From: a virus
Taxonomy: Duplodnaviria > Heunggongvirae > Uroviricota > Caudoviricetes
DNA: 64,000 nt
IMG/VR virus record: IMGVR_UViG_2778261035_000005
Direction: 5' to 3' (one strand)
Of this stretch, positions 45,610 to 55,474 are shown in pieces; the first letter of the stretch is position 1, and each line of letters begins with the position of its first letter. Below the pieces are notes generated by a model. The model worked only from the letters and a program-made list of their open reading frames with translations. It searched no databases and was not told the origin of the DNA. The translations under genes and the position numbers were made by a program.

Positions 45610-45968
45610 TGTCCATGAAAATGGGTGACCTAGCAAAGCGCAAAGAGCCTGATGCACCGGCCAAGAACACAACTCCTTTGCGCCAACCAGTCAGACCACA
45701 GGGACGCCCGACTCGTGGCAAAGAGAAAATTAAAAGCCGCACAATGTCACTGGAAGACGAATACTTCGAACTGCTGGAGATGATGAAGTTCATCCCTCGC
45801 TTCGAGAAATTCACCCGCTCTGATGTGATTCGTGCTGCTATTTTCCATCTTGCGGAGAAGACACCGCAGGAAATCGAGGACATCGTAAAGCTGAACGAGG
45901 CGATCACAGCTGCCGATGTCACGATGCGTACCGATGAAATTAAACGCGAGTTGATGAAGAAAGGTTAA
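45609..45968 (+). CDS. RHH centromere-binding protein (ParG-like)
   Basis: Basic disordered N-terminus + C-terminal RHH-like segment; ATGA overlap with parA. Confidence 0.55.
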   Translation: MSMKMGDLAKRKEPDAPAKNTTPLRQPVRPQGRPTRGKEKIKSRTMSLEDEYFELLEMMKFIPRFEKFTRSDVIRAAIFHLAEKTPQEIEDIVKLNEAITAADVTMRTDEIKRELMKKG

Positions 45969-45971
45969 TAA

Positions 45972-45997
45972 TGTGGGCTGTCTAGCCCACATTATTT
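45972..45997 (+). terminator. terminator after partition operon
   Basis: aatgtgggc-tgtcta-gcccacatt then TTTT. Confidence 0.6.
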
Positions 45998-46019
45998 TAA
46001 TTAAAGTGGAGTGATAATT

Positions 46020-46772
46020 ATGCATTCGTTAGTATTTGCATTTAAAAACATACTCAAGAATGTTATAAACATACTAGGGATGTTAAATATTTTTTTGTCT
46101 GTGAGGGTGAGGAGAAAAGATATAAAAGATAAATTAAAGGAACTTAACAAAGAAAAAGAACAATTAAAAAGCGAAGAAATTATTATTGATTTATACAAGA
46201 AAAAACTCGCATCTAGCAAGGGGAAAGCTAATGATAAAATCAAAGGAAAAATAATTCACTATATTATTGCTAGAGAGTTGGGGAATGATCCTGATAATGA
46301 AGATTTGCGACATAATCTTTTTACAAAGATAAAAGAATCAGAAGAACAGGTTGAAGTTCTGGTTCATCAAAGAGAAGTAAGTGAGCAGGCGAACAAAAAA
46401 GAAACGGTTGTCAATTTATTTTTATTGTATGAAAAAAATAAATTGTTTAAAGCTAAGGGGTTGGCTGTGTTTCTTATAGTTATAAACTTAATTATAGTTG
46501 CGACTCTCGATCTTCCAGCTTGGTCATTGATTATAAGTTTTTTTATTCTCTCTTTGATTATGTTGAAAGATCAGATACTTACTATTCGTGTCTCTAAAGG
46601 ATATTTTGGCACAAGTGCGTATGAAGCGGTTCAATTGCTTAAATTCATCAGAGAAAATTCAGACAAATTTGACTCAGATGATAATGACGGTAGCCCACGA
46701 CGGATATTGAATCCGAAGGGAACAACAAAAAAATCAGACAACCTATTCGATAAAGGGTGGCAAAATGTTTGA
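46020..46772 (+). CDS. AT-rich gene: membrane protein (about 250 aa)
   Basis: N-terminal TM, K/E-rich coiled-coil segment, two more TM helices; composition visibly more AT-rich than flanks. Confidence 0.55.
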   Translation: MHSLVFAFKNILKNVINILGMLNIFLSVRVRRKDIKDKLKELNKEKEQLKSEEIIIDLYKKKLASSKGKANDKIKGKIIHYIIARELGNDPDNEDLRHNLFTKIKESEEQVEVLVHQREVSEQANKKETVVNLFLLYEKNKLFKAKGLAVFLIVINLIIVATLDLPAWSLIISFFILSLIMLKDQILTIRVSKGYFGTSAYEAVQLLKFIRENSDKFDSDDNDGSPRRILNPKGTTKKSDNLFDKGWQNV

Positions 46773-47187
46773 CCTTGACGCCATCACTAAGTTCTTAAAT
46801 CAGTGTTTTGATCTACTTTTGCTCAAGCAGCCTTTAAGAACTGTTTTCGGAATACTGATTGGTTTCATTATTTTTGTTTTTGTTTACACGTTTAGGTTTG
46901 CGATAGCTCAAGATTTTTATGAAATAGATGGCGTGCATTACGCTGCATGTTTCGTCATCGGTGTTTTAGTTGTTCACACAAGAACATTTTTTGACGTTAT
47001 CAAGGGCACCGCAGTTGATGAAGAAATAGATAGTATGATCAGAGTTATTACGAAGCAGCCACACCTATCTAACCATCAAAAAAACATAATGATTGCTGAA
47101 ATACTTCAAAAAGAAATTGCAGCCATAAGTCAAAAGAGATTGGATAAAGTTGCACAAGAAATAACGGAGAAAAAGACAACTGATTAA
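46765..47187 (+). CDS. AT-rich gene: small membrane protein with two TM helices
   Basis: Overlaps stop of previous gene; hydrophobic segments LRTVFGILIGFIIFVFVYTF and VHYAACFVIGVLVV. Confidence 0.55.
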   Translation: MFDLDAITKFLNQCFDLLLLKQPLRTVFGILIGFIIFVFVYTFRFAIAQDFYEIDGVHYAACFVIGVLVVHTRTFFDVIKGTAVDEEIDSMIRVITKQPHLSNHQKNIMIAEILQKEIAAISQKRLDKVAQEITEKKTTD

Positions 47188-47202
47188 TTTAATTACCTGT
47201 TT

Positions 47203-47252
47203 CTGTATATAAATAATAAGTAACTTATTAAATATATATACGGAAGCAGGTC
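47203..47252. repeat. ~50-bp AT-rich palindromic element, copy 2
   Basis: ctgtatataaataataagtaacttattaaatatatatacggaagcagg. Confidence 0.75.
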
Positions 47253-47358
47253 TTTTAAAAGACACCCACCAGAACAACTCCCTTCCGTTTCCACTTCCAA
47301 AAACTGCCACCAGTCGCTATCATCCGCTCATTGTGATAAGTAAGTAACTACCTACCAG

Positions 47359-48108
47359 GTGAGCCACATGAGCCAAATCTTTTTCGATACCATCGACAAC
47401 AACCAGTACGACTTCATGACAGAGTGGAATACCGCTGTTATGGACAAGTGGGTTGCTGAAAACATTGGTTTGTCGCGCTGCAAAGACGAGGCTGAACTCT
47501 TCGAGACGAAGTGGTTTGATTACCGCGACATGCATCCTCTCATGGCCACCTGCCTTTTTACGGAGGCATACAAACGTCAGTACTCAAATATCATGCTGAC
47601 GCACGGTCGCGAACACTTTGAAACAGCTCCGTTCACCACCGGGTTAAAACGCCTGCCTTATCAGGAGTTGTCGACTGCCAATAAAACGTCTCTATGGAAA
47701 GCACGCCAGTTTGCTGACCGCTATTGCTGCTCATACGACTACTTTATCTCCACCGTTCTTTCCGCAGCTGCACGACGGCTGTGGGACAAGCTGCCGCGCC
47801 CACAGCATTTATGGCAGCCAGAACTGATTGAGATATTTGAAGAGAAATTAGCCAGACGCGCAACAACCCGTCTGGATGACTCTCTGGTTAGCTTTAAGCA
47901 TATGGGAGACATGCAGTTCAACCCGATTCAGGAAAGCTATTTTGAATGGATTCTGGAGCGTTTGCGCACCATCCCTCGCAGTAAGCGCATACGCGCAATT
48001 TTCTCCGCTATCTGGCTAATGGAAATCGTTCCAGAGCGCCTTATTTCCGCCCACTTTCCAGAAGAACTGGAAGAAGCACGGCGGTTTATTGATCCCCTAT
48101 CTAATTAA
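47359..48108 (+). CDS. hypothetical protein (249 aa), possibly replication-associated
   Basis: ORF (GTG 47359 or ATG 47368) immediately upstream of helicase. Confidence 0.5.
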   Translation: MSHMSQIFFDTIDNNQYDFMTEWNTAVMDKWVAENIGLSRCKDEAELFETKWFDYRDMHPLMATCLFTEAYKRQYSNIMLTHGREHFETAPFTTGLKRLPYQELSTANKTSLWKARQFADRYCCSYDYFISTVLSAAARRLWDKLPRPQHLWQPELIEIFEEKLARRATTRLDDSLVSFKHMGDMQFNPIQESYFEWILERLRTIPRSKRIRAIFSAIWLMEIVPERLISAHFPEELEEARRFIDPLSN

Positions 48109-48118
48109 CTAATACTAG

Positions 48119-48134
48119 AAAACAATTTGTTTAA
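48119..48134 (+). promoter_or_regulatory. operator palindrome GAAAACAATTTGTTTA upstream of helicase
   Basis: Same palindrome family. Confidence 0.5.
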
Positions 48135-48151
48135 AAAACAAAGGAAAGCAC

Positions 48152-49492
48152 ATGACCGAACTTTGCCATACAGGACGCGGGCTGTCCGAAGAGTTTGATG
48201 AAGATTTCCAGAACAGACTGACGGCATATTTTTGTCGTGATCACGAGTTTCTTACTCGTGCGGGAGATCTGGTTGTGCCTAGCCAATTTGCCAATGCGGC
48301 CAATGCCATATTGGTTAATATGGTTTCGGGCTATTACCGTATGTACAAGAGCGCGCCTTCTTCATCTGCGATTCTGGATATGCTTAAGCGTGCGAAACGC
48401 GATAAGACCATCCGTGAGGAACTCTTCCCGGATGTTGTTGCTGCGTTTAAGCGCATCCTTGCAGAAAAATTGTCTGATACCTCGTACATGGTTGACCAGG
48501 TATCCACATTCGCAAAAAGTGTAGCGTTTGATGATGCTCTGATTAAAGCTGCTGAACTGAAAGAGAAGGGCGACTTTCAGGGGGCGATGGCAATCATGGC
48601 CAAGGTTCAGCAGATAGGCTCGAACGAAGCGACCGGAATCTATGACTACTACACCTCCGCAAGTGAGCGATTGAAAGCGCGTGAATATGAGGCTTCAGAG
48701 GAGTATGTGCCAAACAGCATTACAACTGGACTCCCTCTGCTTGATAGATTGCTGTACCAAAAAGGCTGGGCAAAGCGCGAAATGGTGCTCTTCATGGGTT
48801 TTGCTAAATCCGGTAAATCGACCGCAATGGGTGAGTTTTCCATAAACGCAACGCTTGCTGGCTACAATGTTCTGTATCTCTCGCTGGAGGTTCACACCAC
48901 CATTTTATCCGACCGTTTTGATGCAAGATTGTCGGAGACAGAAATGTCCAAGCTGGTGGAACGGCGCGATGAGGTTCATCGTAAGTTGGCAGAGTTGGGA
49001 GCCACGAAGGGGATTGGTAGTTTGTGGGTGGTTGAGCGTCCGTCAGGAAGTATGTCACCGGCAGATCTGGACCGTATGCTTAACAGCATGAAAGCCAACG
49101 GCATGGTGCCTGACATGGTTGTTGTCGACTACGCAGATTTGATGCGTGCCAGTTATGACCTTCGTGATGATCGCGCCAACATTCGTAGTATCTACACCGA
49201 TTTACGTGCTCTTTATGACAAGCATAACGTTGCTGGAATAACGGCATCGCAGACAAACCGTGAAGGTGGCGCGTCAGAAGTTGCCACAATGATGCACGCC
49301 GCCGACAACATCGAAAAAGTACGTATTGCTGACCTGGTAATAACGATCAACAAAACCGAAGAAGAAGAAGCGAAAGGAGAGGCTCGTCTCTACTTTGCTG
49401 GTTCGCGTAACCAGCAGGGAGGGATCAGCATTCGCGTTAAACAAAACCTCGAACAAATGCGCTTCATTGAGCGAATCTTAGACGTTACCTAA
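48152..49492 (+). CDS. DnaB-like replicative helicase (RecA-fold)
   Basis: Walker A GFAKSGKST, Walker B VVVDYADLM. Confidence 0.65.
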   Translation: MTELCHTGRGLSEEFDEDFQNRLTAYFCRDHEFLTRAGDLVVPSQFANAANAILVNMVSGYYRMYKSAPSSSAILDMLKRAKRDKTIREELFPDVVAAFKRILAEKLSDTSYMVDQVSTFAKSVAFDDALIKAAELKEKGDFQGAMAIMAKVQQIGSNEATGIYDYYTSASERLKAREYEASEEYVPNSITTGLPLLDRLLYQKGWAKREMVLFMGFAKSGKSTAMGEFSINATLAGYNVLYLSLEVHTTILSDRFDARLSETEMSKLVERRDEVHRKLAELGATKGIGSLWVVERPSGSMSPADLDRMLNSMKANGMVPDMVVVDYADLMRASYDLRDDRANIRSIYTDLRALYDKHNVAGITASQTNREGGASEVATMMHAADNIEKVRIADLVITINKTEEEEAKGEARLYFAGSRNQQGGISIRVKQNLEQMRFIERILDVT

Positions 49493-49573
49493 AAAATAAG
49501 CGTGGAGAACACCTCCACGCTTGATTCATTGGTGAAACAACTTTTCTTTTGCCAAACCACAAAAGAAAAACAC

Positions 49574-50755
49574 ATGAGCCTTTATGTTATATCAACATTT
49601 AGGTTGGTAACAATATTGCCTGTTAAAAGTGGAATTATCGTGAGCGAGCTGAAAGAGTTAATTACCGAATTAGATTTTGAACAATGGTTGGACACTGAAG
49701 GTATCGTTTATCGACGTGGAGGCGTGAGTACTCGCGGTCGTGAAGTGAATATCAAGGAGTGTCCGGTATGCGGCAGCTCCAACTGGAAGGTATATTTCAA
49801 TCTGACCAGTGGCGTCGGTAAATGCTTCGCTGGTGATCATCCCGAAGAGATTCAGTTCAATAAGCTGGTCTTCCTCAAGCACTACAGCGGCAAATCACGA
49901 CGACAGTTCGAGGAATATGTGCAGAACGCCCTTCTTTCCCAGGGGTGGGCACCAAAGAAAGAAGAGCTAGTGCTTGCAAGCACAGTCGAGTTAGAGGGGC
50001 CAGTTGCACTCCCTCGTCATTACGAACTTCCTATAGATGGCCGTCTTCCAGACTATCTGGTTGAACGAAATATATCGCCTGAAATGGCAAAGTATTTTGA
50101 CCTACGATACTGCGTCGAAGGTAAGCACGCCTATGTAGATCCGTATACAGATCAGGTTAAAGGACAGATATTCGATATGCGAATACTGATACCGGTTTAC
50201 GATCTGGATGGGGTAATGAAGACATTTCAGGGACGAGACATTACCGGTACAGCAGAACGCCGCTACCTCTTTCCTATGCAGCTTCCAGCTTCAGGTAAGT
50301 TTCTCTACAACGGCTATAATGCAGTCGGCAAACAGACTGTAGTTGTCTGTGAGGGGGCGTTCGATGTTATGGGGGTTAAACGAGCTATTTTTGACGAAGA
50401 AACATTACGTGATTACGTGGAACCAATAGGAACGTTCGGGATGCATCTATCTGGTAACACCACTCAGGATGCAGAAGATCAGTTAGGCGCGTTCCTGACG
50501 CTCAAGGCGCGTGGGTTACGTAATGTGATCATGATGTGGGATAGTGAAAAGCAAGCTATACGAAACACTATGGCCGCAGCCAGGCGACTGACCAGTATCG
50601 GTCTTAATGTGAAAATTGCATGTTTGGGCGAGGAAGGACTCGACCCCGGCGATGCGACCCCGGGGCAGATTATCAAAGCCTACTATTGCGCAAAACCTTA
50701 CTCACGACAGCTTGAACTTTTAAGCAAGGTAAAAGGCATAGCAGCATTAGTTTGA
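49574..50755 (+). CDS. DnaG-type primase (zinc ribbon + TOPRIM)
   Basis: CPVCGSSNW...CFAGDH zinc ribbon; TOPRIM VVVCEGAFD and MMWDSEKQ; start uncertain (49502 GTG / 49574 ATG). Confidence 0.75.
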   Translation: MSLYVISTFRLVTILPVKSGIIVSELKELITELDFEQWLDTEGIVYRRGGVSTRGREVNIKECPVCGSSNWKVYFNLTSGVGKCFAGDHPEEIQFNKLVFLKHYSGKSRRQFEEYVQNALLSQGWAPKKEELVLASTVELEGPVALPRHYELPIDGRLPDYLVERNISPEMAKYFDLRYCVEGKHAYVDPYTDQVKGQIFDMRILIPVYDLDGVMKTFQGRDITGTAERRYLFPMQLPASGKFLYNGYNAVGKQTVVVCEGAFDVMGVKRAIFDEETLRDYVEPIGTFGMHLSGNTTQDAEDQLGAFLTLKARGLRNVIMMWDSEKQAIRNTMAAARRLTSIGLNVKIACLGEEGLDPGDATPGQIIKAYYCAKPYSRQLELLSKVKGIAALV

Positions 50756-51892
50756 ACCAGTATTAGTCACGTACACATTGACCGAAAATGATTTAACTTC
50801 TGTGTTGAAGTTGTCAGTCATTACCGCGAGGTAGGCATTCTTGGTATCTCTGAATTGCTTCAGTATGATTTGAACGTTATCGGTGCAAACAAACGAGGTA
50901 GCCAGATTGCCTCCTTTCTCTGAAAAATCCTTCAGGAAGGTGCAGTCAACTTTGCCATCATTAGCGGTGAAGGTAGCATCATCACCCTGCCAGGTAAATG
51001 TAGCGTTAACGCCCTTATCAATGGATTTAGCAATAAGTCGCTGGGTGGCGGATTTTGTTTTGGCTTTGGAAGCCGGCGCTCGATATTTGCCGCTTTCTTT
51101 CAGTTCTGCAATGTAATCACAGCCATTTTTATCTTCTTTATCACAAGCAGCCTGATAAAGCTCAGCTGCTTTTTTATAGTCTTTTTTAACCCCTTCACCA
51201 TACTCATACATAATGCCAAGATTTGTCATGGCATCGGCGTTTCCGAGTTCAGCAGCTTTTTTATACCACTTAATTGCTTCGGCATCGTTGCGTTTAACAC
51301 CTAAACCGTCATCGTATAAGGTGCCTAATGCGAACATGCCATCTGAACTACCTTGATCCGCCGCTTTTTTGTAATAAGTAAAAGCTTTTTTATAACTCTT
51401 TTGTACACCTTTACCATATTGGTAATACGCACCAAGAAGGTAGCTAGCTTTAACATACCCGGCATCAGAGGCTAGATTGAAGTATTTAATGGCGAGCGCA
51501 TGATCTACTTTACCAAGCATCCCCTTTTGATAAATAGCACCAAGATTGTTATAGGCTCTACCTTCACGAGCATCTCCCGCAAGTTTGTAGTACTCAACTG
51601 CTTTATTTAAGTCTTTATCTACACCCTCGCCAAATGTGTACATAACCCCAAGTGCATAATATGCTACTTTGTCTCCCTTTTCTGCAGCGAGATCAATCCA
51701 CTTCTTGGCCTCAACTACATCCTTATCAAAACCATTGATACCATCAAAATAATTTGTCCCTAACTCACTTTGTGCTGCGGTATCCCCTGCGGTAGCGGCT
51801 TCTATCAGCGTTTGTTTATTGTCTGCGTTAACGAATCCAGAGCTAAAAAGCAAAGTTAATGCCAGCAACGATGAAGATTTTATGTATTTCAT
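50747..51892 (-). CDS. secreted Sel1-repeat protein
   Basis: Signal peptide MKYIKSSSLLALTLLFSSGFVNA, then ~8 Sel1-type repeats and a ~110-aa C-terminal domain. Confidence 0.8.
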   Translation of the reverse strand: MKYIKSSSLLALTLLFSSGFVNADNKQTLIEAATAGDTAAQSELGTNYFDGINGFDKDVVEAKKWIDLAAEKGDKVAYYALGVMYTFGEGVDKDLNKAVEYYKLAGDAREGRAYNNLGAIYQKGMLGKVDHALAIKYFNLASDAGYVKASYLLGAYYQYGKGVQKSYKKAFTYYKKAADQGSSDGMFALGTLYDDGLGVKRNDAEAIKWYKKAAELGNADAMTNLGIMYEYGEGVKKDYKKAAELYQAACDKEDKNGCDYIAELKESGKYRAPASKAKTKSATQRLIAKSIDKGVNATFTWQGDDATFTANDGKVDCTFLKDFSEKGGNLATSFVCTDNVQIILKQFRDTKNAYLAVMTDNFNTEVKSFSVNVYVTNTGSN

Positions 51893-52125
51893 ATTTTTTG
51901 TTCTGTTGATATAGGATGAACAGTTTAGACGCGGCAAGTGTCAAGTGTGCGAAAAATGGTACTTAAATTTAGTTAATATGTCAGCTTTGTTGATTTAGTT
52001 TATGGTCGGTAAAGTTACTAGGAAACTAATAACCATAAGAAATAGTACGTCATTTAATTATTGTGGCACTGCTCGTGTTTTGATTAACTAATACCTGCGA
52101 TAAATATAAATAAAGGGAAGCCAAC

Positions 52126-52539
52126 ATGAGCAAAAATAAGCTGATTTTAACAGGAGCTTTATTGTCTTTGTTTGCTTTAGTGGGGTGTAAGCCTACAGAC
52201 GAGAAGGCTATTGCTCTGGGCCAACAAGCAATTGCGGATGATATGAAAGATCCCACGTCGGTGATGTTTAGGAAAGATAAGTTTGTCAGGACTGATCATG
52301 ACGATGGGAGTGTGACAGGCTTTGTGTGCGGAGAATTGAACGCCAAAAATGGCTTTGGTGCATACGTGGGCTATCACTCATATGTTGTTGAACTCGAAAT
52401 GAAGCCAAAGGGCATGTTTTCGAAAGGGGTGGTATACAAAATCCTATCGAAGTCGTTGGCACCTAATGATCCTCATGACTTACAGCGTTATAAGCAGGTC
52501 TACAGAAAGATGTGCAACAGTGAGGCTGTAGCTCATTAA
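52126..52539 (+). CDS. lipoprotein
   Basis: Lipobox LVGC in MSKNKLILTGALLSLFALVGC; RBS aaggga. Confidence 0.65.
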   Translation: MSKNKLILTGALLSLFALVGCKPTDEKAIALGQQAIADDMKDPTSVMFRKDKFVRTDHDDGSVTGFVCGELNAKNGFGAYVGYHSYVVELEMKPKGMFSKGVVYKILSKSLAPNDPHDLQRYKQVYRKMCNSEAVAH

Positions 52540-52664
52540 TGGTGAATGCCGGGCAGACTATAAGCCCGGCATCTTCGTATAGGGAACTATTGCGCCTAAA
52601 ATGATAAGTAGATACATACTTAGTTTTTTGTAAGAATACTTTCATCTGTTAGCTAGGAGTTGGT

Positions 52665-53441
52665 ATGAAAGACGAAATTCAGAAATTGGCCTGTGACATC
52701 ATTGATAAAACAGGTTTAGAAATCAGCGAGGGCAGTCGACTAGACATCATTGGAAAGGCCGTCAATACAGCAATGAATCATATCGCTGCTCGTATGGACG
52801 AGATCCCGCTACCAGGGTTGCCTTATCTGAAAGTTGAGTTACACGTATGGGGCGAACCTTCTTGTGCACGGCGTTCTGCATTAGTTGTTTTTATTAGCAA
52901 AGAAAACCCGCTCAGTCTTAAAGTGCAGGTTGGAGCATGGCTTGATGGCAGAGTGATCTACACAAATACCGTTTTTTGTCTTTCAAACGACGAAACTATT
53001 GAAGCGGCCATTCAAGAAGCAGTTCTAGCAATGCGCAGCAGCGGTTTGATGAAGAATAACTACGAAGAGTACTTGCGTTCGATAAGTGGTGAAAAGACAT
53101 TATCTCTGAAAGCAGATTTCGTTACCCCGAAAAATCTGTTGGAAGTTTTGATTAATAAAGGGGCTAATAGTGCCGTAAATGTAATCAGAGAGAGTGAATA
53201 CGCGTCTCTTTGGGATATGTGCAAAAGCCAGTTGGATCTTGTGCATATCGTTGTTGATGCGGGGAAGGCTTGTGATGGCGTAATGGCGGAATTTGCTGGG
53301 AAGATGGTCAGGATTGCTAACGAATTACCGATGATTAAGCAAGAGGCTAAATCATACGCCACCAATCATGTCACAGAGCTTCTTGCCCCTTATCGCTTAG
53401 AAAGCGATCAGCGCAAGATGATTAGCTGGGGAAGTTGGTAA
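52665..53441 (+). CDS. hypothetical protein (258 aa)
   Basis: ORF with RBS aggag. Confidence 0.5.
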   Translation: MKDEIQKLACDIIDKTGLEISEGSRLDIIGKAVNTAMNHIAARMDEIPLPGLPYLKVELHVWGEPSCARRSALVVFISKENPLSLKVQVGAWLDGRVIYTNTVFCLSNDETIEAAIQEAVLAMRSSGLMKNNYEEYLRSISGEKTLSLKADFVTPKNLLEVLINKGANSAVNVIRESEYASLWDMCKSQLDLVHIVVDAGKACDGVMAEFAGKMVRIANELPMIKQEAKSYATNHVTELLAPYRLESDQRKMISWGSW

Positions 53442-53508
53442 GCTCTCTGTGTGTCGTTTTTTACGCAAACAATGATAGGTAAGCACAAGATTATTTCTGG
53501 CGGTAATT

Positions 53509-53979
53509 GTGAAAGCTGATTTATCAAAAATCCCTTCTATTTCAGGAAATAACGGTTATTCACTTCGTTGTGAGGAAGTAAAGATAAACGGTGAGTCGGC
53601 ATATTGCAGCTATTCCGTTTGCCAGCACACCATTCTTGCCTTCAAAGAAAACCGTCTTCCTCGAACTTCTTTCCAGTCGTGCGCAACCGCTATTAAAGCA
53701 GGCAAATGCAAGGCGTTAAAAATGATGGTTGAAGAGATTCGTAAAGGAGAATCTCTGTATTTCGAAGATATGACCGCACTCATTAAGGAGGTTGAAGAAC
53801 GGAATAAACAAGCCAGAACTATAAAACGAAAACGTGACAGTGTAACGATTAATAGCATGGTTAAGAAGAGCGCCACATCACAAACAGCGATCACTGACGT
53901 GTATGCGGCGTTGCTTGAAGAAACAACAAAAGAAACACATGAGCAAATCGATCAACATATGGAGGCAAAACAACAATGA
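53509..53979 (+). CDS. hypothetical protein with Cys-rich N-terminus
   Basis: ORF (GTG start); C-x11-C-x4-C-x17-C arrangement. Confidence 0.45.
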   Translation: MKADLSKIPSISGNNGYSLRCEEVKINGESAYCSYSVCQHTILAFKENRLPRTSFQSCATAIKAGKCKALKMMVEEIRKGESLYFEDMTALIKEVEERNKQARTIKRKRDSVTINSMVKKSATSQTAITDVYAALLEETTKETHEQIDQHMEAKQQ

Positions 53980-55298
53980 AAAAGTTGATCGCACTTAAGC
54001 ATAAGCTGGACGAAATGAAAGCTATGGGAACCAATGCAAAAAAAGAGGCATTGGCCAACATGGATGACTTCGAGCAAAGCATGGTTTCATTGATGCTCAA
54101 CCCTTTCATCCGTTTTGGGGTAAAGAAATACAAAGTGGTAGAGCCGCTTAGTGAGTCCGTCCCAAGTGACGAAAAAGCCATTGATATACTGAATAAGCTG
54201 GCCTCTCGCGAGCTGACGGGGAACGCAGCAATAGCTGCTGTTGAGTCTATCGTGGCGTCAATGTGCGCCGATGGGCAGGACGTCTTCCGTCGTTTCCTCT
54301 TAAAAGATCCGAAAGCTGGCGTTGGGATTAGCCTATGCAACAAGGTTTTTGAAAATCCCATTCCGAAATTCGAGGTGCAGCTGGCGTCACCGTATAAAGA
54401 AAAAGGCGACAAATACCCCTTCAAGCCAAACCCTAAAGCAAAATGGCCGATGATTGGCAGCCTTAAGCTCGATGGTTTGCGAGTAATTTGCGAGGTTATT
54501 GTTGACGAGGAAGAGGTTAACTTCCTTTCTCGTACTGGTAATCCAATCACGTCTCTCGATCACTTAAAGCCAGCCATGCTCGAATTAGGCAAACTTTCAG
54601 GCCACAAACACATCTTCTTCGATGGTGAAGGAACAGCCGGTTCATTTAACCAGTCCGTATCTGCATTGCGCAAAAAGAACGTGCAGGCAATTGGCGCTAT
54701 TTATCATGTTTTCGACTTCTTCCTACCGGAATGGCGAGCACAGGCTAAATCCAAAGAGTATGCAAAGACAGGTATGAAGCTGAAAGAGCGCCTGGCTATG
54801 CTGGTGGCGTTGTTCAAAAACGATCGCAGTGAAGGCTACACACAAGACATTCACCTGCATCCGTTCTACATCATCCATAGCCACGAAGACTTCATCGAAC
54901 GCTTCATGAAACGCCTGGACGATAACGAAGAAGGGGAGATGGGCAAAGATCCGAACTCTGTTTACGAGTTTAAACGTACCCGCAGCTGGTGGAAGTTAAA
55001 AGACGAAGACTCAGAAGATGGTGAAATTATCGACTTTGAGCCGGGCGACCCGGACTCTGGTTTTGCCAACACGCTTGGAAAAATTGTTATTCGCCTTGAA
55101 AACGGTGTGATTGTTCGTGCGAGCGGCATTAAGCATAAATATCTGGACGAGATCTGGAACAACAAAGAGAAGTACCGTGGTCGTATTGTCGAGGTTCATT
55201 GTCACGAGAAAACGCCGGATGGCAGCTTACGCCACCCACGACTGAAATGGCCGCGTTGCTTACGCGATACAGAAGATCGAATCGGAGATAAAGAATGA
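53976..55298 (+). CDS. ATP-dependent DNA ligase
   Basis: Adenylation motif I KLDG (SLKLDGLRVI) with downstream nucleotidyltransferase-like motifs. Confidence 0.75.
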   Translation: MKKLIALKHKLDEMKAMGTNAKKEALANMDDFEQSMVSLMLNPFIRFGVKKYKVVEPLSESVPSDEKAIDILNKLASRELTGNAAIAAVESIVASMCADGQDVFRRFLLKDPKAGVGISLCNKVFENPIPKFEVQLASPYKEKGDKYPFKPNPKAKWPMIGSLKLDGLRVICEVIVDEEEVNFLSRTGNPITSLDHLKPAMLELGKLSGHKHIFFDGEGTAGSFNQSVSALRKKNVQAIGAIYHVFDFFLPEWRAQAKSKEYAKTGMKLKERLAMLVALFKNDRSEGYTQDIHLHPFYIIHSHEDFIERFMKRLDDNEEGEMGKDPNSVYEFKRTRSWWKLKDEDSEDGEIIDFEPGDPDSGFANTLGKIVIRLENGVIVRASGIKHKYLDEIWNNKEKYRGRIVEVHCHEKTPDGSLRHPRLKWPRCLRDTEDRIGDKE

Positions 55299-55474
55299 TG
55301 CTCGGCTGGATGATTGCATTTTTAGCAGTTGGTTTTTTCATCGGTATTGTGGTGATGTCCAGTTGCATTAATGACTACATTAAAAACGGTGTTATAGAAA
55401 GACGCGGTCGCATTTATCGCATTGTAGAAATAACCAACACCGTGAAGGAGATTAAGGATGATCGTATTAAGTAA
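55295..55474 (+). CDS. small single-TM protein (59 aa)
   Basis: ATG overlaps ligase stop; paralogous to 55670 ORF; below ORF-track size cut-off. Confidence 0.35.
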   Translation: MMLGWMIAFLAVGFFIGIVVMSSCINDYIKNGVIERRGRIYRIVEITNTVKEIKDDRIK

